In this document: positions 41,115-52,612 of the stretch, piece by piece | Numbering within the stretch: position 1 is the first letter of the stretch | Layout: each line of letters starts with the position of its first letter | Assembly (NCBI GenBank): GCA_964247055.1 | Contig: OZ176051.1 | Span: forward strand, 11,284,001 to 11,348,000 | Direction of reading: 5' to 3' | DNA: 64,000 nucleotides | Source of the DNA: Paragordius varius | Lineage: Eukaryota > Animalia > Nematomorpha | Translations under genes and position numbers: made by a program | The notes under the pieces: generated by a model | What the model was told of the DNA's origin: nothing | Databases searched by the model: none | Seen by the model: the letters and a program-made list of their open reading frames with translations, nothing else

Positions 41115-41722
41115 ATTTGCACTTCAAGAGTGTCCTTGAACACTTCAAGTTGGTCCTTGAACACTTCAAGTTGGTCCTTTGACTTTTTTTGTTTTGTTTT
41201 AAACTTTTATCAATTAAATCGTAAATAATTTATCTATTTTATTGTTTTTAATCTATTTGCTATTATTTAACATAAAATTTAAATCGATATCAACTTTTAA
41301 TCTTTGAGAAACCGTATATCTTTATTAATTTCTTAAAATAATTTTGGATATTTATAAGATTTTAACACGAAATGAAAAAATATATAAGTTTCCTGGGTTA
41401 TTAATTTAAATTTTTCATCAAAAACATTTGAAAGTCAATAATTTTGTTTAATTGAAAAAAAAACAGTTTGAAACAAAAAAAGTGGTTTTTCAATAAAATT
41501 TTTTATTTTTAAATGAATAAATATATAATAAATAAAGAAAATTAGGTTAATAAATAATAAAATAAAAAAATAAATGCAAAAATTATGGTAAAATCAAAAT
41601 TTATAAATTTTAAGGACCAACTTGAAATGTTCAAGGACCAACTTGAACTGTTCAAGGACCAACTGGAATTGTTCAAGGACCAACTTGAATTGTTCAAGGA
41701 CACTCTTAAAGTGCAAATGGTA
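41111..41722. mobile_element. Intact 612-bp TACC-family MITE inside the (TA)n tract of the inner 3' LTR
   Basis: TA|TACCATTTGCACTTCAAGAGTGTCC...GGACACTCTTAAAGTGCAAATGGTA|TA. The sister LTR at about 47470-47500 has the (TA)n tract without it. Confidence 0.92.
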
Positions 41723-44218
41723 TATATAATATAATCAGGTAAGAATATATTCACATATACTAAGGTGAAATGCTTGCCTTTCTACAGTTTATTCAAAGGT
41801 ATAATAATAATAGTAAAACGTGGAATACTAAAAACATAAGTTACGAGGTTAATCAAATAGTTTAATATAAGATTCATTCACACTGTCAGTTACCACTATA
41901 ACACCACTACCCCCTTCTTACGAAAGCGGACGGGTTTCTGACGAATTCTTGTCGGGTACCGTCTTTCCTGTATTTTTGTGGGGGAGCTGGTTGTCGCAGG
42001 TTCCTTAGTATTATTATTATTATTTAGACTTTCGACTGTCGGGGTAATCGGTTCGGTTTCGTTACTTGGTTTGATAGTGCTGTTTGGTTGAGATTCGGCA
42101 TTTGTATCATCCCTGACAGTGGTTACGTCCTCATCACTTGTGTTGCGGGAAGTGGTGGTTTGTTGTTGTGGCTGGTGTACTATTTGATCGGCGTGTTTAC
42201 TCACGAGTTTCTCTCGGTCTTTGTCCCACACCTTGTATGAAAATAACCCTGTACGGTCCGTTATCTCTCCGGCGCGTCAGCCTGGACTTAGTTTTTTATT
42301 CATTACTGGGTCATTAATCGCAAACTGCCGTCAGGGGGCTGGTGCATCTAACAATCTCGCTCTATTATTTAACCAGGTTAAGGGGGTATGGGGTGTTCGC
42401 TTTAACATTAATTCGGCCGGGGTTTCTTTAGTTGTCGAGTGTATAGAGTTTCTATACGCCCATAGTCTAGTGTTAAACGCTTCGTGGGTGATTATCGCAT
42501 TATTTTTTATTCATTGTATTTAATTTTTATCGTACTTACTATTTCTACCATCCCATTACTCTTAGGATGGTAGGGGGTAACCTTAACATGTTTCAACCCT
42601 AACGTACTTAGGGTAACGTGAAGTACCCATTGCTAAAATACGAAGCATTATGGCTAACGATCTCTCTTGCATAACCACACCTTGCAAACGTTTCTTCTAC
42701 TTTATGGATTATATTCGCTGCGGTTACTTTTTTAAAATAAACCCTTCTGCCCATTTAGAGGCACTATCAATAATCAACAACCAATAATAACCGTCTCCCG
42801 GTCTGGCTATATCAATATACGCTCCCAGACAGCAACATTATGATCCCACTGATAAGTAGAATTCTGAGTTACATTCGGCCTACTACGTTAGCACGATTCG
42901 CAGTGACTACTAGCTTTTACCAGGTTATTTTCTAATTCTGGCCAATAACACGTAAATCTGGCCATCGCTCGTTTGACCACTGTGTAGGTTTTTCACCACC
43001 TCTTTTTGGAGGAGATGGAATTAGAATCCGATCATTTAAACTTAACAAGCCATATTGATATGCCAACTCGTCTTTACGGTTTACAAACTTTTCTAATTCT
43101 GGAGAACTCCAGTTATGGTTGTTTAACGCTTAAATTATTTTTTGTAATATTGGATCTGATGCGGTTTCTTTTCGAATTTCTTCTCTGCTTAAGAGCACGT
43201 TATGACAATCAAAAATCTCAGGTATCTGGTAACCGCATAATCTTCATCATAGGCATCGATCTCGTCAATCGGCCATCTCGATAAATAATCAGGTCTATTT
43301 TGAGCCCCCTTTTAATGACTTATTTCAAAATCATATTCATTTATTACATTAATCCATCTTAGTGCTTTAGCATTATGTATTTCTTTTAAATTTCGATCTC
43401 TATTTATTAACTTTACTAAGTGTAATTGGTCAGTTAATATTACAAATTTTCTACCATATACGAAACTATGAAACTTTCTTTAACGCAAAAATATTGCTTT
43501 TAATTCCTTCTCGATAGTGGAATAATTCCGTTTGGCGTTGCTACATTTTTGTGAGGCGTACGCGATCGGTATCCTTTCACTATTAACCTCATTTAAAATG
43601 CATCCAAATCCTAAATCTGACGCAGTTTGTATTATCAATTTTATTCGGATTATATGGTGTTAAAAACACTTTTTCCCTTAAAGCTGCTAACCAGCTCTCG
43701 GTCCAAGACCATTTCGTGTTTTTACTAGTTAATTCATGTAAGGGGCCGACTATCATTTAAAATTTTGGTATAAAACGTTCATGAAACGTCCAAAAACCTA
43801 AAAATACTACGTAATGACTTTTTATCTACCGGCCTTTTTAGTTCCTTAATTGATTTTGCTTTTACATGGGTTTATACCCTTTTTAGATATTTCAAACTCT
43901 AAATATTACTGATTCTGCACATATCATTATTTTATATTGTCTTATTTTGAATCAGGTTCTATCGAGACGACTTAATACATTATTTAAATTGTTAATGTGC
44001 CCATTTTCGTCCTACCAGTCACTAGGACGGCATCTAAATATACGCAAGTTCTCGGACTTTCAGCCAGCACCTGTTCCATCACCCGTTGAAAGATGATGGG
44101 TGCCGTGGCCTGTCCAAACGGTATGCGTTTGTATTTAAAAAACCTTTATGTATTGACATAGTTAACAATTCTTGACACTCCTCTGTGACTGGCATCTGGA
44201 GGTAAGCATCTTTTAAAT

Positions 44219-45892
44219 CAGGGCTTCTAGAACTATGGGTCGGTAGCAAAATTATGGGGTCGCGAGCGATAAAAATACAATTCAACAAAAAATGTTTTTT
44301 AACTTGTAAAATTATTGTTATAAAGAAAAATAACATTCATCATATATAAATATATCATAAAATCTTCTGGTTCGGAAAGACTGTTTATACCAGCATTTCT
44401 ATTCCGATCATTATAATCTATATATTTATAAAAATGGAAAATGCTGGCTTTGTGATCTGTTTCCGGAAACCCGGAAGACATAATCCAAATATCGAAACAA
44501 TATAATCATTAATGAATGCCCCGACAATAGCTTCCCTTTTTTGAATTAGGCCCCCAGTTCGGGCCCACCCGTGTAAAAAACGAGTTTTTTTGAAACACAG
44601 TCCACAAAAATCGTGTCTTTGAGACAATTTTCCGGAGAACGTGTTGGACTATTTGATTTCAATGATTTTTTACTTTTTTTCGAATACGCCGTACATAGTC
44701 GGCTGGCTTTTTTAATTTAGGCCCTCTTTTTACCCGTTCTCTCGTAAAATGCCATTTTTTTCAAAAAAAACTAAATATTTTGCCCAGTGTATGAGACCGT
44801 TAAAATTCACTGAGGATTCGAGTTATTCTCTGTTAAAAGGAAAAGATTTTAGTCTTGAGTTTATTTAATTTTGGTTGCTGGGTAAATAGATAGCCGCTAA
44901 AACGTGCTACTATATAGAAATTGCGTTGTTTTGGAGCTAATTTACAGAAAAATTATAAAGCCATATGAGCTCATTAAAAGCTAATATTACCCGTAATTAG
45001 GTAAAAATTAAGGCCGAGTTCTTTCATTAGCCGTTAATTTGGGGCCTTTATGCCCTAAAACGCCATCTTATAACGATTATTTAGTGTTGAGGTATTTTTT
45101 CGAATAACCCATGAGACGATAGTATCAAAGATGATTCCGAATATTTGCCCTATAAAGGCAAAAAATTTAACTCAGCGCTTTTTCCATATAGGTCTATGGG
45201 TAGGGGTCTACCGGTTACTGAGACGCTATACAAAGGCGTAGTTTTGGAGATAATTTTCAAAAAACTTAAGAAGCCATACGAGTTCAGTTATACACATTTC
45301 TGGGGAATTTGTATAATATTATTCTTTCCTTTAAAAAGGGACCACAAATGATTTACTTTTTATATCCCTTGATCCCACTGTATGAACACAATTTCAAATT
45401 AGAGCTTTTAACCATGAAAACGAAAATCTTAAAATAAATCCAATGATAGTTGAATATTAACTTTAATAACAGATTAAATATGGTCAATTTCGAGTAAACA
45501 ATATTTCAGCCTATGCAAAAACCCGTAAAAGAATAAAGACATTCTTTTTATTAAATATGTTTATAATTATTTTTTTATTTCCATTAACTCTATTTATTGC
45601 AAATTATTAAGAATAATTATCGGTGAGACTACGCCACACGGAAGCGTGACAGGGCCAGCTGGTATCTTGTATAAATTTACTATGAACCAGAAAATTTTAT
45701 AGAAATTTATAAAAAATGTAGATTTATTTTTCTCAGTCTCTCAAAACCGAAATAATCCTGATAAATATTATCAACAAAATTTCTAAGTGTTATTTCGAAG
45801 AAACTATTATTTTTCTTTTATATTTGTTAGGGTCTTTAAGAAACTCGCAATCATAAATGGGGTCTGGAACTACAAAAGCTTAAGAAGTCCTG
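44219..45892. mobile_element. Non-autonomous hAT element inserted in the inner Gypsy RT
   Basis: TIRs CAGGGCTTCT / AGAAGTCCTG and a perfect 8-bp TSD TTTTAAAT (44211-44218, 45893-45900). RT sequence resumes on both sides. Confidence 0.88.
44417..45662 (+). mobile_element. Non-autonomous Helitron inside the hAT element
   Basis: A|TCTATATATTTATAAAAATGG start; cacg-gaag-cgtg hairpin, then acagggccagCTGG|T; no TSD. Confidence 0.8.
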
Positions 45893-47465
45893 TTTTAAAT
45901 CAATGTGAGACCTTCGCCTATTTTCGACACCAACTCATCAAACTTTGGGATTATATGCGAGTCTTCTTGCAACACTTATTAATCGTTACCCGAAAATGAC
46001 TGCATATTCTTAATTCGCCATTCGGTTTAAGTTCATTAACCGTAGGCGTGGCCTATTTCACAGTGTAATGCTAGAATCAACCGGTTCTAAGTTGCCTAAC
46101 TTTTGTGGCCTTGTCAGCTCTTTCTCTACCTTTTCTCCTAATGGAAAAGGCACCCTGCGACATGGCCATACATTCGGGATCGCATTCGCTGCAATGCGAA
46201 TTTTTACTGTGTCTTTATAACACCCTAACTTATTTTCGAATAAGTTTTTAAAATTTTCGCAAATCTCATTTAATTTAAGATAATTAATTTTAACCTGTGG
46301 CATCTCAATCGGAACTTAGCCATCCCCATAGTTTTGCTCAGGACACAAACAAATGTCTCCCATCATTTGTTTGCCGTTTATCTCAACGTTAATGCTTGCC
46401 ATCCTCATCATTGGAACCGTTGTGTTGTTGTACGATTTTACCGGCGACGTCGGTCGTATTTTGGGTTTGCCTATTTGTTCCCAAGTTGTAAAATTTATTA
46501 CACTGATATCTGACCCGGTATCATAGATGAAATCTTTTCTCAGACCGTTTATTTTTAATGTTTAAATAAGGTGTTTGAGCTATTCGACATACAGTGACAT
46601 CCTTCAATAGTTGTCTATTGAAGTAAGGTTTTTGACTTTTGGCTACGCACATCCTAACAAAATGGTTCAATTTGCCGCATTTGTTTCACGCTCGTTTCCA
46701 GGCTGGACATTTGTTGGGTGGGTGTGTAGTGCCGCAATGTTTGCATGCAGTAGAGGATTTTATTATTGTTTGTCGGTAGGGTTTATCATGTTATAACCGA
46801 TTGATATTATTATTACTGTTACTATATTATTCTGTAGTCCATCCCTAGCAGCTTCATGTGCTAGTGCGAGATCTAAGATTGTTTCTAATGGGTTATCAAC
46901 GCATCTGGGTACCTGGAATAAATATCCATCTCAAGTTGGGGTTGTCGTAGTCCAATTACGAACGCATCACGTATACGCCGTTCCATGGCTTCAGTGAATT
47001 GGGCTTCTTTTGCGCCTATATTGACACGTTCAAGATGCGTGAAACTTTCACCATCGTTGCGTACCAGCCTAAAAAATTTAAACCGGCTTTGGAATTTCGA
47101 TTTCGTCGGGTTAAATATTTTTTCCCCTTTCCGTAATTTCAGTCCACGTGGCGTCTTTTATTTTTTTAGGGTATGTGCGTTGGTTAATCTTTCTCACAAT
47201 CATGAATCCGCCATATGCTAGTAAATTTGATTTAAGCGTTTTTTCGGTTACCGGAATATCCTTTGCCTCAAGCACCTTGCTAAACTCGAGGTAATCATCG
47301 AATTTATTATTATCATTGTAATTTTCTATGGATAGATTGCGTTAGGAGCTGCTATATTCATTGGTTCGTCTGTCATTGCGTCTTGGCTACCAATTTTAGA
47401 TGGGGCCACAAGTAACGTGAGATACGGTAAAGGATTAATTTTTTGTATATACTTTTGTTATATAA

Positions 47466-47504
<39 letters not shown>

Positions 47505-49959
47505 CAGCTATGAATGTATTCACAGGTGAAATGCTTGCCTTTCTACAGTTTATTCAAGAGTATAATAATAATAGTAAAATGTGGTGATGGTTAATTTAAT
47601 AATAAATACTACGAACATAAGTTACGAGGTTAATCTAATAGTATATATAGTATAAGGTTCATTCACATTAGCCTGTCAGTTACCACTATAACACTTGGTA
47701 AGGTTGAAATTTCACGCTCGTTATATTCCATCTTTGCATGCTACGATCGCGGATTTACAAGCGCTCACAGTGGTCGACAAAAGAAGATATACTTTTTAAT
47801 AAAAAACTGTTAGTGAGTGAGACCTTATGTCTAACAACGTTTAATCCGACCATTGGTGTTGGAAACAGACGCATCGAATGACGGATTCGGAGCAGTCTTA
47901 TCACATATGACAAATAATGGAAAACGGCCGATAGCTTTTACGTCTTGAAAATGTGCGAAAGTAAAACAGCATTTCCCTGTGAATGAAAAAGAAGCAAGAG
48001 CAATTTTATAAGCGCTCGAAAAGTTTAAAATGCTTATGTAAGGCAAAAGGTTCGCATTATTAACCGATCATAAACCACTAATCAAGTTGTTTGGCTAGAG
48101 ATATCTGAGTAATCTTAACAATAGTAGATTATTAAGATGAATACTCAGAACAGCCGATTATAATTTTAATATACAATATATTAATGGTTCATAATATTTG
48201 GCGGATTGTTATTTCGTCTTATGAAGAACCCACTGAGGAGGTTTAGGAGCAAGCAACCAGTAGGCAGATCAACTTTTTAACAACAAACAACTTAAACGTA
48301 GGGGGAATTAAAGAAAATACTTTAAGAGATGAGTTTGGCATTAAAAGCGGCGTTACATCATAATGATTGGTCAGCTACAATTTTAAATTGGTTATTGATT
48401 ATTAGAAACGAAATAATCAAATAAGCTGCTGTATTTGAACGATCGTCCTTTTATTCCCAAACTGTACGCAATGAAAAGGTTAAATTTTTGCATGTTGGAC
48501 ATTCGGGCAAATGCAATGAAAGAGTCTGCCAAGGCTAGAGTTTATTGGCCAGGAATAAACCAAGACACTGGAATTAATGTGAGATCTTCTAAGGAGTGTC
48601 AGTTAAACCGGAGTAACATAAAAAGCAATCGCATTTACAAATGAAATTTCAATACGGGTATCTGGAAACGGATACATCTCATGATTGTCGGTCCTGTAGA
48701 TGGGTTTTATTGGTTAGTGACTATAGATAGTAGCTCCAGATGGGTTGAAATCGAGTTGCCAAGAAATGGTAATTCCACAAACAGTGACATTGGTTAGAAA
48801 TTTGGTGCGTAAGGTATGGGTTTCCGAGAATGAGTTACCGATAATGCATCATATTTTGCATCAAAGGATTTTGAAGATACCTTGCAACGAGCGAATATTC
48901 AACATGTCACCCCTGCCCCTATCATCCACAAACAAATAGGAATGAACGTGTCATTTACACCTTAAAAGCACACTATAAATCGCTAACGGATTCTAAACTG
49001 CTTTCTGACAAAAAAATGAATCAATTGTTATGAGGTCATCGCTCTGCCTTATATAGCGCCACAAAAGGGTGCCCGTATAATTCCTCAAAAGAGATATTAA
49101 TACCCCTTTCTCATGGGTTAGAGAAACACCTTCGGAACAATTAAATGACGACATCCATCAAAACCAAGTTTTCACATGGGACGAATCTATTATGATTTAA
49201 AATCCTGTCCGTCGGACAAGATTTTAACACACATAAAAAAGGAAATCAATACGGGATGGAGAAAAGGTTCAATTTTGGAGAGAACAGAGTTTTTCATGGT
49301 AAAAATGGAAACCAAACCCTTCGCAATCATGCAGATCAATTACAGCCGACGGCGCCGAGAAGAGCGGAGAGGGGGTTGATGGTGGTCTAACGATAAACCA
49401 AACTGATGAATGCAATATAACAACCAATAATTGGAAAGTGGGGAGGAACAATGCAAAGAAAGGAAAACGAGAAAGACCCCCAGGTCGAAATGAAAACAGA
49501 AAAGACAACTGATAAAGAACCAGAAACAAGATATCCGCTTAGGGGAAGAAAAGCGCTAGATCGGCTCGGATTCGGATAAGGAGAGATGTTAGATTTGAAT
49601 ATATCAGTTTTATGCCTTTGAATAGACAAACTTATATGGATTTGAATACATCTTTTATAGACCATCTAGTATTGGGATTACTCTTGTATTAAACATGCCC
49701 ACGTTATTTTACCTTAATGTAAATATTATATACACAAAAAGTATATAAACATCGCAAATTTTATATAGTTTGTTTCTCGAGTCATCACATTTGGCTTATC
49801 TCATTACACTCGCGCATGGAGAATTAAGTCTGTAAGCATATCATCCTGCAACTAGCTTTGATGACTATATTGATTATATAAATAGAATGTTAAAAGTCAA
49901 ATTAATTGAAGGAAATGATGAGAGAAAGAATTGATAGAAATTTATATAATTACGGTGGT

Positions 49960-50960
49960 TTGGTTTGGGTTTACTAATGATTTGAAAGTTATTTAGACTT
50001 TTGTAGTAACTGCTCCAGATCTGAAGGCAAAATTTGTGTACATTAATAAGATTTTTGGTGAGAGCTAAATGCTTTAATCCAAATATCTTTAAAATATAGT
50101 ATAAACTCAATAAAAAGCAATATAATATTTTAATGAATTTTTAATTTTTAAAATGTAGGCCATAAAAATCCCAAATTTTTTCGCAGTTCTAAAACGGGCT
50201 ACTTTTCTTAAAATAAGCGCAACCTAGTTTGCGCGATAAAAAATTTGAAGATATGCTAAATTTTGATCAATAAATATTTTTTGAAATGCATACTTTTTTC
50301 TAATTTTATTATCAGTAAAATTTTGTTGAAGCGTATTTTTTACTATTTTCTTACAGGAAACGGTATAAAACGCCAAAAAATATTAAGAAACACTTTTTTA
50401 TATAATTTGATGATGCTAAATTTTAATTTAAAGATTCTTTGCTTTTAAATTTGAGTGAGTGTTAGTATAAAATTTGAATTAACATAAATTTTAAGAAGCA
50501 CGAATTTAACCAAATAAAGAATTGCTCAGCACATCGAATAAAATAAAGGGGTTTGTATAATATTTTAAAGCGTTTCTATACCGTTTTCGTCATGCTCAAA
50601 TAAAAGTTAAAAATTTAAGCAAAATATCCATTTTTTAAAAAAAAACTTTTTCTAATGTCAAAATTAAGCATTGTTAAAAAATTTTATTGCACAATCTCGA
50701 CACTTTCGTTTCTTCCACATTTTCGCAAAAAAATTTGAGACTTTTATGGCCTAGATCTAAATTTTCATATACAAAAATATTGTTTTGCTTTTTATATATA
50801 TTAAGAAATATAGTTATATTTTTCGTAATGATGCAATAAACTTTCACCAAAAAAATTTATTTAACAATATATGCTCAGATTAGTTATATGAAGCCGTTCC
50901 AAAGTGAAATCGCAAGAGCAAAAACCAAAAGTACTATGATTATCATATATTTTCCTATCA

Positions 50961-50970
<10 letters not shown>
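49960..50970. repeat. Uninterrupted palindromic family C element
   Basis: 49990-50250 and 50660-50960 are diverged inverted arms, homologous to 17640-20650. Confidence 0.6.
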
Positions 50971-50997
<27 letters not shown>

Positions 50998-51599
50998 GCA
51001 GAAGTTTGCTTAACACTTCGATTCAAATTGGGGTATCTAAATCTAGAAGAATTGGTCCCAATTTAAATTTATGCTTCTATCCTAAAAAAATTATATAAAT
51101 ATGCCAAAATATCTAAATAAAATTTTGTAAAAAAAATTCCATGTCAAACTACATCGACGCCATTTTTATGTTACAAAATTTTTGCAAAATATCGTCTTCA
51201 TTTAATTTTAAGAGCAAAAGTGAAGCTTTTTTATTTAAATTACATAATATTGATAGAAATAGAAAAGGCGGTTTATGTTGTTTTATTTTCAATTTAATTA
51301 TTGCACACATGCCTCGTTGACTAAATAACCTTTCGGTTTTAGCTTAAAATAAACAATATCAAATATTTTTGAATAGAATTTTTTATATATTTTGGTTTAT
51401 TAATGTTATTTAAGTGCAAAATTTTGCCATGGTTTTGTTCCTTATATTTTTAAAAAAATTTACTTTTAAACAGGCCTGGGATATTTAACTGCCCCAATTT
51501 GAATTGAAGGACTAAAAAGAATGTGTTGTATCCTAATGTTAAAATACTCGTTTCACATTTTTTTAATATATATTGTGTTTTTACACATTTATTCACAGA

Positions 51600-52120
51600 A
51601 ATATTTAGATAAGCAAACCTTTAAATTGAAATTTTAAGATAGAAATGTTCAGCATCATCGAAATATATACAAGAATAACTTTAAGTGTTTCTATACCGTT
51701 TCCGTCATTGCCTCAAAGTATTCAGAAGTGTGCTTCAACACAATTGTAAATTTTGAATAATGTATGCATTTTTAAAAAAAATATTTAGCTGAATTGAGGA
51801 TGTATTAATAATTATCGGGCAATCTCGGCGTTTTTATATTTATTTTGATATGCCCATTTTAGACAAGAAAAAATATTTAGGACTTGCGGAGCCCACATTT
51901 GAAAATTATTTTCAAAAAATATTGTTTTGCTTTTTATATGGTATTTTTTGAAAGAAAGCAGTTAGTGATCGCCAAAATAATTAGTTTAACAAAAAGTGCT
52001 CGAGGCTATTAAATATGGAGCAGCTATTACAAAAATGATAATTACTTTCAACACTTGAGAGCAAAAATCAAAAGAACCATAATAATCCTGAAATATATCT
52101 TTCTAGCAATATATATAAAT
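51600..52120 (+). repeat. Right half of a family C element
   Basis: Shares gtttctataccgttt.cgtcat, atctcggcgtttt, gagcccacat and gagcaaaaa.caaaag with the other copies. Confidence 0.55.
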
Positions 52121-52612
52121 CAGGATATATTTTATAGCCCCATTTTATTTGATTTAAAGTTTTATGCGTAGACTACAAAATAAAATTTTCGGATCGCCTT
52201 AAAAGGGTTAGTTTTTAACATTAAAAATTCCGTGCGTGATATAATTTTATCCATGATAGGTTATTTTAAAATAAATTTTTTTAGTGCATGCTTTGCATTT
52301 AAATTTTGGCAAATTGTTATTACTCAAGGTATTTTTAGGCTTAGCGGTGGAAAGCGTTTCAAATATATAAAAATCTTTTTCTTTACATATTACTGAACTT
52401 TTATTTGAGTATAAGTTAATTTGCTTTGAATATATGATTTTAAACACCCTACATTTACTCTGAAATTACACAGGTGCCAAAGATGTAATTAAATTGATAT
52501 AGTGATAGTCTAGTCTAGAGTAAATGTAATTATAACACACACACATGAAGAATTATAAACATATAACTCAGTGCAAGATCAACACCTTGGTTCAATACAA
52601 GCACGCAAACAA

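Larger units (their letters stand above)
40989..47693 (-). mobile_element. Nested Ty3/Gypsy (Mag-like) element; LTRs 47394-47693 and 40989-41903; TSD CTTGG
   Basis: CTTGG at 40984-40988 and 47694-47698. LTR starts TGTTATAGTGG; PPT AGAAGGGGGTAGTGG; PBS-like TGGTAGCC. Twin zinc knuckles CKHCGTTHPPNKC..NKCGKLNHFVRMC, YDTGSD, DLKDAYLQ, and integrase tail RRYPTRIRQKPVRF. Confidence 0.9.
38909..49789 (+). mobile_element. Decayed Ty3/Gypsy (Mag-like) LTR retrotransposon, outer element; LTRs about 38909-39193 and 49587-49789
   Basis: Both LTRs start TGTTAGATTT and end CA|tttggc; PPT AAGGAGAGA precedes 49587. gag (RCDFG..RDGFVGGL, CCHC knuckle), protease YDTG, RT YLDD, then after the nested insert RNase H (TDHKP) and integrase (YWPGI, IHL...GP). 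The RT reads through the insertion point (FL-VRLKFHARYIP). Confidence 0.85.

Noticed and set aside
52247-52447. 66-aa minus-strand ORF as a divergent gene upstream of ARHGEF7
   Set aside because: No homology recognised and no convincing splice partner.
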